A stretch of DNA of 46,571 bases from Bacillota bacterium (GTDB lineage: Bacteria > Bacillota > Sulfobacillia > JAJZYS01 > JAJYTV01): contig JAJZIE010000002.1 in NCBI GenBank assembly GCA_021810725.1, positions 1-46,571 on the forward strand, given 5' to 3'. Every line of letters starts with the position of its first letter. Within the stretch, counting starts at the first letter, position 1. The notes below the pieces were generated by a model. It was given only the letters and a program-made list of their open reading frames with translations, made no database searches and was not told where the DNA came from. A program made the position numbers and the translations under genes. This document shows positions 36,969 to 43,751 of this stretch, one piece after another.

Positions 36969-37057
36969 AACGCAGCACCTCCGGCGCCGTATTCCGTGCG
37001 GAGGGCGTCGAATCCTGCGAAAGGCGCGGGAGGGAGCCGTGTCGAAACGGCTAGGAC

Positions 37058-38566
37058 ATGATGAAGATTCCTCGTGCCATCCTTGCCGTGCTCGCTCTGC
37101 CGCTGTCCCTAGCGGCGCTCTATCTCTACGCCTTGGGGCAGTGGCCGTGGTTTGCCGTGGTCCTGGTGGGCGTGCTCTACGCGTACGCCGTGCAGGGCCT
37201 GCCATGGGTCGTGCGGCGGCGGCCGCTCTTCACCATTTCGCTCGTGTTCCTGATCGTGGCCCTCTGGGCCGTGCCGCTCGGGCACGCCTTCGGCCTCTCG
37301 GCCCAGCCGAACTTCTGGCTCCTCATCTCGTTCCTCGGGGAGATCGGCCTGGCCCTCTGGCTCTGGGTCTGGCTGCGACCTCGCTTCATCAGGAGCGACA
37401 CGGTGCGCCTCGGCGTAACGGGCAGCCTCAGGCGTCCTGTCGACATCGCGATCGACGACAGGTTCCTGCATATGCACGTGCTCGGGCCGACCGGCTCCGG
37501 CAAGACGATCGGCGTGCTCTGGCCGCTCTTGCGTCAGGACATCGCGGCGGGTCACGGCATCCTGCTGTTGGATCCGAAGGGCGATCTCTACGACCTGGCG
37601 GTCGACGAGGCGAGGCGCCGCGGGCGGCAGGTGATCGCCCTGCGGCCAGGGGAGCCGCCCGGCTTCGGCCTGGATCCCTTTGCCGGCGAGCCGCAGGTGG
37701 CGGCGGAGACGGTGGCCTACGCCCTGTTCGGCGCTTTCGGCAGCCAGCACGAGTTCTACAGGAGTGTCGGCCAGGCGATGTTGCGCCACGCCGCCCTCGC
37801 CCTGAAGGAAGCGCTGCCGAGCCCGACCCTGCCGGACCTCGCGGAGTTCCTGCGCAGCGAGGAGATGCGTCGGGAGGTGCTGCTCGAGGCCTCGTCGCCG
37901 CACGTCCGGGCCTACTTCCGCGACGAGGTGGGGGGATGGAGCCCGCGCTTCCGCCAGGACGCGTTCATCGGCGTGCAGTCGGCGCTTTCCGAAGTCTTGG
38001 CGCATCCCTGGGCGCGGCAGCTCTTTACGACCACGCCCGCCACCGATTTCGACCGACTGCTCGCGGAGGGCGACATGCTCTGCATGGCCCTGCCGGAGGG
38101 CGAGATCGGCCTCGGCGCGGGCGCCGTGGGCGCGTTCGCCCTGCTGCTCTTCCAGTCGGCGGCCTTGCGCAGGGTCAAGGGCCCTTCGGCCTTCATCTAC
38201 GCGGACGAGTTCCAGACCTTCGCGCAGGCCGATTTCGGCAGCTTCCTCGCGCAGGCCCGTTCGCACCGCGTGGGCGCGGTGCTCGCGCACCAGCATCTCG
38301 GGCAGTTGTCGGAGGACCTGCGCGGGGCCATCCTGGCGAACGCCCGCAACCGGGTCCTGCTGGGGGGCCTGGGACGGGAGGATCTTGAGCAGATCAGGGA
38401 GTCGCTCGGCCGTCGCTTCGTGACGAGCCCCGGCGGCGGGCTCAGAGAGGTGCCGCGCTTCGACCAGGAGATGCTGCGCCGGCTGCCGCGCGGCCAGGCG
38501 GTCGCGGAGGTCGCGGCTGGCGGCCGGCTGCTGCCCCCTGTGCTGGTGCGGCTCGCAAGACCCTGA
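37058..38566 (+). CDS. TraD/VirD4-like type IV coupling protein-family membrane ATPase
   Basis: N-terminal TM helices (aa 1-105). Walker A VLGPTGSGKT (37484-37507), LLLDPKGDL, Walker B-like FIYADEFQ, and AVLAHQHLGQL near the C-terminus (TraG-D_C-like). Confidence 0.78.
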   Translation: MMKIPRAILAVLALPLSLAALYLYALGQWPWFAVVLVGVLYAYAVQGLPWVVRRRPLFTISLVFLIVALWAVPLGHAFGLSAQPNFWLLISFLGEIGLALWLWVWLRPRFIRSDTVRLGVTGSLRRPVDIAIDDRFLHMHVLGPTGSGKTIGVLWPLLRQDIAAGHGILLLDPKGDLYDLAVDEARRRGRQVIALRPGEPPGFGLDPFAGEPQVAAETVAYALFGAFGSQHEFYRSVGQAMLRHAALALKEALPSPTLPDLAEFLRSEEMRREVLLEASSPHVRAYFRDEVGGWSPRFRQDAFIGVQSALSEVLAHPWARQLFTTTPATDFDRLLAEGDMLCMALPEGEIGLGAGAVGAFALLLFQSAALRRVKGPSAFIYADEFQTFAQADFGSFLAQARSHRVGAVLAHQHLGQLSEDLRGAILANARNRVLLGGLGREDLEQIRESLGRRFVTSPGGGLREVPRFDQEMLRRLPRGQAVAEVAAGGRLLPPVLVRLARP

Positions 38567-39243
38567 TGCGTCCAGACCTCACGGAACGCCTTTTGCGTCT
38601 GGGTGCCGCCGAGCGCGAACTTCTCGAGGACCTCTATCAGGCGCGCTTCGCGTCGCGTGCGCAGGCGGAGAACCTGGCGGCCCTCGCTGGTGGCGATCTG
38701 CCCGGGCTGCTCGCGAGCGGCCTCGCGCGCGAGGTGGCCGGGGAGACGGAGCGCGTCGTCTATTTGAGCCAGAGCGGGGCGCGTGCCGCCCTGGCCATGC
38801 TGGGGGAGGAAGTGGCGAACGGCCAGCGGGCCTATGCCGCGTTGCGCCTGGGTCACGAACTGCGGCGCACGGCGCTCTACGTCGCCTTGCGCCGATTAGG
38901 CATGCCCGCGCCGGCCTATCGGGCGGAGCCTCGCCTCGGCTATCGCAGCGCCGCGGGACTCGGCGAGCGCACCCTCGTGCCCGACGCCCTGGTGCGCACC
39001 GCGGCGGGCGAGGCTCTGATCGAGGTGGACCGCGCCACGGAGGGTCAGGGGCAACTGCGGCACAAGTGGCTGCGCTACCGTGAGTGGCAGGAGGACGGAC
39101 CGCGGCGCGACCTCTACGTGCTCGCGGACGCCAGGGCGCCAGTCGAGGCGAGCCTCCGGGCGGCGGGCCTCGGGGCGACGGTGCTGGAGGAGCCGTGCGA
39201 GCTCGCGCGCCTCATTTGGCTGCGCGCGCCGGCGCAGGTCTAG
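38566..39243 (+). CDS. Replication-relaxation-family protein (PF13814-like)
   Basis: ATG overlaps the ATPase stop (TGATG). wHTH-like N-terminus, then LGHELRRTALYVAL...VPDALV...ALIEVDRATE...LRHKWLRY, matching the family signature as I recall it. Confidence 0.6.
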   Translation: MRPDLTERLLRLGAAERELLEDLYQARFASRAQAENLAALAGGDLPGLLASGLAREVAGETERVVYLSQSGARAALAMLGEEVANGQRAYAALRLGHELRRTALYVALRRLGMPAPAYRAEPRLGYRSAAGLGERTLVPDALVRTAAGEALIEVDRATEGQGQLRHKWLRYREWQEDGPRRDLYVLADARAPVEASLRAAGLGATVLEEPCELARLIWLRAPAQV

Positions 39244-39833
39244 ACGAGATCCTTGATGCCGATCAGGATCAGCAGCACCCCGGCGGCGACGGTGGCCTTG
39301 GGGCCGAGCCAGCTGCCGAGCGCCCTGCGGCCCAGGTGCTCTCCCGCGAGCAGCGTCGCGAAGCTCAGAGCACCCGTCGCGAGCGCGAGCAGCCAGGGCG
39401 GCAGGCCCACCATGCCGCCGCCGAAGCCGCCGGCCCAGGCGTTCAGGCCGAGCCCGACCGACAGCGCCAGCGATTCCGCCACGGAGATGTCGCCCGACAG
39501 GTCGACGTCCGCGTGTTCCGGGTGGTAGACGAGGCCGATCGCATCCTTGGACGTCGCGGGAGCCGCGGGCGCCCTGCGCGGCCACAGCACCCAGATGCCG
39601 ACGGCGATGATGACGGCCGCGCCGATGGAGTTGGCGATCTCCGGCCTGAGCACATGGCCGATCCCCAGCCCCGCATAGGCGACCACAAGCGTGCCCGCGG
39701 CAGCCACGAGCGCAATGAAGAAATTGCTGCGGAACGGGATGCCGATCTTGCGCACGCCGTAGGCGACGCCAACCCCAAGGTTGTCGAGATTGCCGGCGAT
39801 GCCGATCAAGACGGCCAGAACGAGCACGTGCAT
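39240..39833 (-). CDS. ytaF: Sporulation membrane protein YtaF (DUF204/MntP-like)
   Basis: ATG at 39833 lies 6 nt after GGAGGG. LAVLIGIAGNLDNLGVGVAYGVRKI... and a second repeat SVAESLALSVGLGLNAW, the duplicated DUF204 topology, with a central H/D-rich loop (HPEHADVDLSGD). Confidence 0.78.
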   Translation of the reverse strand: MHVLVLAVLIGIAGNLDNLGVGVAYGVRKIGIPFRSNFFIALVAAAGTLVVAYAGLGIGHVLRPEIANSIGAAVIIAVGIWVLWPRRAPAAPATSKDAIGLVYHPEHADVDLSGDISVAESLALSVGLGLNAWAGGFGGGMVGLPPWLLALATGALSFATLLAGEHLGRRALGSWLGPKATVAAGVLLILIGIKDLV

Positions 39834-39913
39834 GGGCTTCCCTCCGGGCGCCTGCCGCTGCATGCTATGGCAGGGCCGGGGAAGGGGTGTCGCGGGCCGT
39901 CCTGGCGAGGGGC

Positions 39914-39954
39914 CACCTGATGTCTTGTACCAGGTGACAACACAGGTGTATAGT
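39914..39954 (+). promoter_or_regulatory. Candidate promoter with overlapping CACCTG/CAGGTG operator-like repeats upstream of the NCS1 permease
   Basis: TTGTAC (39925-39930), 18-nt spacer, TATAGT (39949-39954). Inverted repeat CACCTG (39914-39919) / CAGGTG (39931-39936), plus a further ACAGGTGT (39942-39949) abutting the -10 element. Confidence 0.4.
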
Positions 39955-39979
39955 CTCAGGGAACCTGGAGGTGGTCCAC

Positions 39980-41266
39980 GTGCGCGTCGAGTCCCGCGGC
40001 CTCGAGCCCGTTCCCGCCGCGGAGCGTCATGGCAAGAGTTCAAGTCTGTTTACGCTCTGGTTTGCGGCAAATCTCGGCATCCCACCCTGGTTCCTCGGCG
40101 TCCTGCTCTACTCGTTCGGCCTTGGCCTCTGGTGGTCGCTCCTCACGGTGCTGCTCGGCAACCTGATCGGCGCGGCCCTGGTCGGCTTCGCGTCGGCCAT
40201 GGGTCCGGAAAGCGGGCTGCCGCAGCTTGCGCAGTCGCGCGCGGGGTTCGGCAGCCTTGGCGTCTACCTGCCCGCGGCCCTCAACTGGCTCTCATGCCTC
40301 GGCTGGTTCGCCGTCAACTCGCTTCTCGGCGGCCAGCTTCTCGCGAGCCTGCTCCACCTGCCGGCAGCAGGCGGCATCGTGCTGATCGGGATTCTGCAGA
40401 TGGCGATCGGCGCGGTGGGGCACGACATGGTCCACAGCGTGGAGAGGTGGGTCAGCGTCCTTCTGGCGCTCACCTTCGCCTTCTTCACCTGGCGCGCCGC
40501 CACTCTGGGCTTCGGCGCAGCGACCCACGGCGGTTTCAGCTGGGTACCCTTCGCCCTCGGCATCGCCATGATCGCGTCCTACGTCTTTTCCTGGGCGCCT
40601 TACGCGTCGGACTACTCCCGCTATCTTCCGGCAGGCACGAAGAGGGGGCTCGTCTTCACCTGGACCTTTCTTGGCTCGCTCGTCTCCTGCCTCTGGGTGG
40701 AGGTGATCGGAGTCGCGTTCGCGTCCCATTTCCGCCTGTTCGACGAGGTGCCCCTGCTCCAGGCGGCGTCGGGCGGGCTCGCCATCTTCGTCTTCGCCGC
40801 CGGCATTCTCGGCACCCTGACCGCGAATCTGCTCAACATCTACACGGGCGCCACTTCGCTCCTGGCGCTCGGCATCCGCATGCCGCGCTCGCTCGCCGCG
40901 CTGCTGGTCGGCGTTTTCGGCACCCTGATCGCGCTGCTCGGTGTTCAGGGCTTCAGTGGGGACTACGAATCCTTCCTGCTGCTGCTGTCGTACTGGATCG
41001 CCCCGTGGCTGGGGGTCGTGCTGTCGGAGCGTGCGGCGAAGAAGAACCCCGCGCTCGTGGAGGCGGGGTTCTGGGCATTCCTGATCGGTCTCGCCGTCTC
41101 CGTCCCCTTCATGTCGCAGTCGCTCTTCACAGGACCGGCGGCCAGGGCGATGGGCGGAGCGGACATCGCGTACTACGTCGGCGGTCTTACGGCCGCTATC
41201 CTCTATCTTCTGCTTCGTCGAGGATCCCGAGGCGCGCGAGAGCCTGCCGTCCCTCAGCGAGCGTAG
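39980..41266 (+). CDS. NCS1-family (purine-cytosine/CodB/CytX-like) permease
   Basis: GTG at 39980 lies 8 nt after GGAGG; the track ORF starts at 39971. ERHGKSSSLFTLWFAANLGIP..., GLPQLAQSRAGFG and NWLSCLGWFAVN motifs; 12 predicted TM helices. Confidence 0.85.
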   Translation: MRVESRGLEPVPAAERHGKSSSLFTLWFAANLGIPPWFLGVLLYSFGLGLWWSLLTVLLGNLIGAALVGFASAMGPESGLPQLAQSRAGFGSLGVYLPAALNWLSCLGWFAVNSLLGGQLLASLLHLPAAGGIVLIGILQMAIGAVGHDMVHSVERWVSVLLALTFAFFTWRAATLGFGAATHGGFSWVPFALGIAMIASYVFSWAPYASDYSRYLPAGTKRGLVFTWTFLGSLVSCLWVEVIGVAFASHFRLFDEVPLLQAASGGLAIFVFAAGILGTLTANLLNIYTGATSLLALGIRMPRSLAALLVGVFGTLIALLGVQGFSGDYESFLLLLSYWIAPWLGVVLSERAAKKNPALVEAGFWAFLIGLAVSVPFMSQSLFTGPAARAMGGADIAYYVGGLTAAILYLLLRRGSRGAREPAVPQRA

Positions 41267-41708
41267 CGGTGTCACGGGCTTCGACGGTGTGGACGTGCGC
41301 GCCGCCCGTGAGCACGCTCAGCAGCTGGCCGCCGTGCTCGCGCAGCCGCTCGAGGAAGAGCTCGACGTCCCGGCGCGAGTGCAGTTCAAGTCCGCCGCGC
41401 AATTCGCCGTAGAGGGGATGGTCCACGATGACCTCCTTGACGACGATGCCGAGGTCGACAAGCGTCATCAGTTCGATCTCTGTCTGCTCCGAACCGTGGC
41501 GCACGGCGAACACGTCGCGTACGCCGATCGGTCCGCTCGCCAGGCGATAGCCGCTGGTCGTCGCGTCGATCGCGTGGCCCTCCGCGCGCAGCAGGGCGAT
41601 GTCGTGCACGATCACCTGCCGGGAGACATCGAACATGTCGGCGAACTGGCCGCCTGAAATGGGCTCCTTGGCCTGCCTCAGCACCTCGAGAAGCTCACGT
41701 CTGCGCAT
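41196..41708 (-). CDS. niaR: NiaR (YrxA)-type transcriptional repressor: HTH_11 plus 3H domain
   Basis: ATG at 41708 lies 6 nt after AGGAGG. RRRELLEVLRQAKEPISGGQFADMFDVSRQVIVHDIALLRAEGH.I.AT..GY, then a 3H domain with conserved histidines (VRHG; DHPLYGEL; GAHVHTVEA). Confidence 0.8.
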   Translation of the reverse strand: MRRRELLEVLRQAKEPISGGQFADMFDVSRQVIVHDIALLRAEGHAIDATTSGYRLASGPIGVRDVFAVRHGSEQTEIELMTLVDLGIVVKEVIVDHPLYGELRGGLELHSRRDVELFLERLREHGGQLLSVLTGGAHVHTVEARDTATLAEGRQALARLGILDEAEDRG

Positions 41709-41758
41709 GTCCCGCCTCCTGGTCCGAGCATAGCGGCAAGGCGCCGCCCGGGCAATTG

Positions 41759-41796
41759 CGCCAAGCCCTCCGGTCCGACCGGCGGGGCTTGGCGCA
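41759..41796. repeat. Nested palindrome in the niaR / deacetylase divergent intergenic region
   Basis: GCGCCAAGCCC (41759-41769) and GGGCTTGGCGC (41786-41796) flank an inner CCGGTC-C-GACCGG palindrome. Confidence 0.5.
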
Positions 41797-41883
41797 TATC
41801 TGGGCCTGTCCCGGGGCCTGCCTCCCGACCGCCCGACATAGGATGTCGTGTCCCATGGCATCGTCGGTCGAGGGGGGAGGTCC

Positions 41884-43047
41884 GTGCCGCGGCACGGTCC
41901 CAGGCTGCGCGTCCGGTCGCCGGGCCTGCTCCGCCCAGGGCTCGGCATTCTTGCCCTTGCCATCGTCCTCGGCGCCATCGGTGCGCGCGTCCTCTTGCGC
42001 GCCGCCGCGCCGTCGCTCCGCTGGCACGTGAACACGGCCACGGACACCTTGCGCATCTGGCTGCGGCCTGGTGCAAGCCCTCTGGCGGGCTATGTGATGC
42101 GGGAGACCACCTTTGCCGCCTTCGGCGAGACAGAGCCGGCCACGGCCGCCTTGACCCTGGACCTCCGGCCCGGCGAGATCGCCTCGACGCTGGTCACGGT
42201 GGCGGGGCCGGACCCGCAGAAGAGACGCATCCTGGCCGTCGCGCCGGTGCTGCCGAAGATCGTCGGAGAGGAGGAGACCGCGAGTTCGCTCTTGCTGCGG
42301 TCTTCCGAACCGCTCATCGCCGTCCGCGGCCTGCCGGCCGGGAGCTGGCGTCCTGCCGAGCCGGGCCTCGTGACGCTCCCCCGCGGCGTCGCGGCGCAAT
42401 CCTACCGGATCGTGGCGGTCGGGGCCTGGGGCGGCCGGAGCGTCTGGCGCGTCATCGCGCCCGCGTTGCCGGAGGTGCCGGTCGTCTGGTTCGGGTCCAG
42501 CCGGGACGGGCGGGTCTACCTGACGATCGACGACGGGTGGTATCCCAGCACCTATCTCCTGCAGCTCATGCGGCGGCGGCATGTGCCGGTCACGGCGTTC
42601 CTGATCGCGCGAGCGGCCGAGGAGAATCTTGGCTACTGGCGGGATTTCGTTGCGGCTGGCGGGGTGATCGAGGACCACACGGTGGACCACGCGGACCTGG
42701 CGCAGCTCTCGTTCGCCGACGCCGAGGCGGAGTGGCGGGGCCCGATCGCCGATTATCCCGCGTGGTTCGGCGTGCCCGCCCCTGCGCTGGGCCGGCCTCC
42801 GTACGGGCGGGTGAGCGCCGCGGTGCGCGCGGCGGCGGCCGCCGCCGGACTCAAGGAACTCGTGATGTGGAGCGCCGAATGGCTGCCGGGCAAAGGCATC
42901 GAAACCTGGAACGGCGGCCCGCTGCAGGCTGGCGACATCATCCTGCTGCACTGGGTGCCCGGCGTCGGCCATGAGCTGGCACGCCTGCTCAAGACGCTGG
43001 GCAAGGACGGTTTGCACCCCGCCCCGCTCACCCTCAGCGCCGGGTAG
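41884..43047 (+). CDS. Polysaccharide deacetylase (NodB homology domain) with N-terminal membrane anchor
   Basis: ORF 41848..43047, with GTG at 41884 after GAGGGGGGAGG. TM anchor (LGILALAIVLGAIGA) and NodB motifs YLTIDDGW, TAFL, EDHTVDH and RPPYG. Confidence 0.8.
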   Translation: MPRHGPRLRVRSPGLLRPGLGILALAIVLGAIGARVLLRAAAPSLRWHVNTATDTLRIWLRPGASPLAGYVMRETTFAAFGETEPATAALTLDLRPGEIASTLVTVAGPDPQKRRILAVAPVLPKIVGEEETASSLLLRSSEPLIAVRGLPAGSWRPAEPGLVTLPRGVAAQSYRIVAVGAWGGRSVWRVIAPALPEVPVVWFGSSRDGRVYLTIDDGWYPSTYLLQLMRRRHVPVTAFLIARAAEENLGYWRDFVAAGGVIEDHTVDHADLAQLSFADAEAEWRGPIADYPAWFGVPAPALGRPPYGRVSAAVRAAAAAAGLKELVMWSAEWLPGKGIETWNGGPLQAGDIILLHWVPGVGHELARLLKTLGKDGLHPAPLTLSAG

Positions 43048-43056
43048 CAATAGAAA

Positions 43057-43080
43057 AGGGGCGCGCCCGCCGGCGCGCCC
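43057..43080. terminator. Bidirectional terminator between the deacetylase and the convergent RsfA-like gene
   Basis: GGGGCGCGCC-CGCC-GGCGCGCCCC (10-bp stem), flanked by AGAAAA upstream and AACATTT downstream. Confidence 0.7.
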
Positions 43081-43094
43081 CAACATTTCGGACC

Positions 43095-43535
43095 TTATTC
43101 CGCGAGTTCCTCGACCGTCGCGGCCTCGACCGCGATCTGCGGCGTGACGTCGACGTTGGCCGGCGTGATCGCCTGCAGGAGCTTGGACTTGAGTTCCGAG
43201 TACTCCGCCAGGCGCGTCTCGATCGCGCGGTCCAGGTCGCGACGCCGCCGACCCAGGTCGTCAAGCTCGCGGGCGAGCGCCGCCAGACGCTGCGTGAGCA
43301 CCATCATGTCGCGGCCACGTCCCATGGCGCGGATCTTGCGCTGCCGTGGGCGGCGAGGGTTTTGACGCGCAAGTTCACGGCCGATCGTCAGGGCAAGGCC
43401 ACGGGCCGAGCGATTGAGTTCCACAGCGAGCTCCTGGGCCAGATCACGGATCTGGGCGCCTTCGCGCACCTTCGCCGTCATCTTGCGGATCTCGGCGATC
43501 TCGTCGTCTGTATACGGGCCAGTGCGGACGGACAC
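43095..43535 (-). CDS. Myb/SANT-like HTH plus coiled-coil protein, possibly an RsfA-family sporulation regulator
   Basis: GTG at 43535 lies 7 nt after GAAGGAGG. RTGPYTDDEIAEIRKMTAKVREGAQIRDLAQELAVELNRSARG parallels the RsfA pattern (R.D.WT..ED..L...V....REG.....F.E.G..LNRT), then a basic linker and coiled coil. The conserved Trp residues are absent, so the call is tentative. Confidence 0.45.
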   Translation of the reverse strand: MSVRTGPYTDDEIAEIRKMTAKVREGAQIRDLAQELAVELNRSARGLALTIGRELARQNPRRPRQRKIRAMGRGRDMMVLTQRLAALARELDDLGRRRRDLDRAIETRLAEYSELKSKLLQAITPANVDVTPQIAVEAATVEELAE

Positions 43536-43682
43536 GTTGTAGCCTCCTTCAGGTTTACACAGCACAGTATGCGCTAGCGATACGATACTCCATACATTTC
43601 GTTGTGTCCATTGTCTTGTCTGGCGTCTTCAGCGCATTACTAAGTGGGAAATGCAGCGGGAGCGGATCGTTAGGACACAGAA

Positions 43683-43704
43683 CATGGCGATTTTTGTCGC
43701 CATG
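43683..43704. repeat. Perfect 8-bp hairpin/palindrome in the spoIID upstream region
   Basis: CATGGCGA-TTTTTG-TCGCCATG in a low-GC intergenic segment. Confidence 0.4.
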
Positions 43705-43751
43705 GCATTACGGAATGTCAACAAAAGAACGCCAGTCGTCAGAAGGTTGCT

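Larger units (their letters stand above)
37058..39243 (+). mobile_element. Possible remnant or domesticated fragment of a conjugative/mobilisable element (two genes only)
   Basis: Coupling ATPase plus Replication-relaxation genes with no integrase, relaxase, T4SS channel genes or obvious flanking repeats. Composition is indistinguishable from the neighbouring genes. Confidence 0.3.

Noticed and set aside
35518-36978. N-terminal 487 aa of the 1433-aa minus-strand ORF 32677..36978
   Set aside because: This part is Arg/Gly/Pro-rich low-complexity translation. It is antisense to the well-supported SIMPL gene and overlaps minC. The real SLH protein starts at ATG 35517, which has a GGAGGTG RBS and a signal peptide.
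36969-37205. Upstream extension of minC to the ATG at 37205
   Set aside because: It adds 79 Arg/Pro/Ala-rich residues with no MinC similarity and overlaps the divergent ATPase gene by ~150 nt. The strong RBS lies at about 36981-36987.
37109-38856. Minus-strand ORFs 37109..38296 and 38197..38856, and plus-strand ORF 37039..38388
   Set aside because: These are shadow frames of the coupling-ATPase gene. Only frame 37058..38566 carries the TM helices and the Walker A/B motifs.
39834-39979. Possible TPP (THI-box) riboswitch upstream of the NCS1/CytX-like permease
   Set aside because: Fragments resemble THI-box pieces (GGGGTGT, CACCTGAT, AGGGAA). However, the invariant CUGAGA is missing on the plus strand and the P4/P5 pairing does not form. 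A promoter (TTGTAC-18-TATAGT) inside the region would leave only a ~20-nt leader. A cmscan with RF00059 would settle it.
39834-39979. Possible yybP-ykoY (Mn2+) riboswitch on the minus strand upstream of the MntP-like ytaF
   Set aside because: No GGGGAGUAG or UUGACAUA/AGACC-type conserved loops were found on the minus strand. Only a chance CUGAGA is present.
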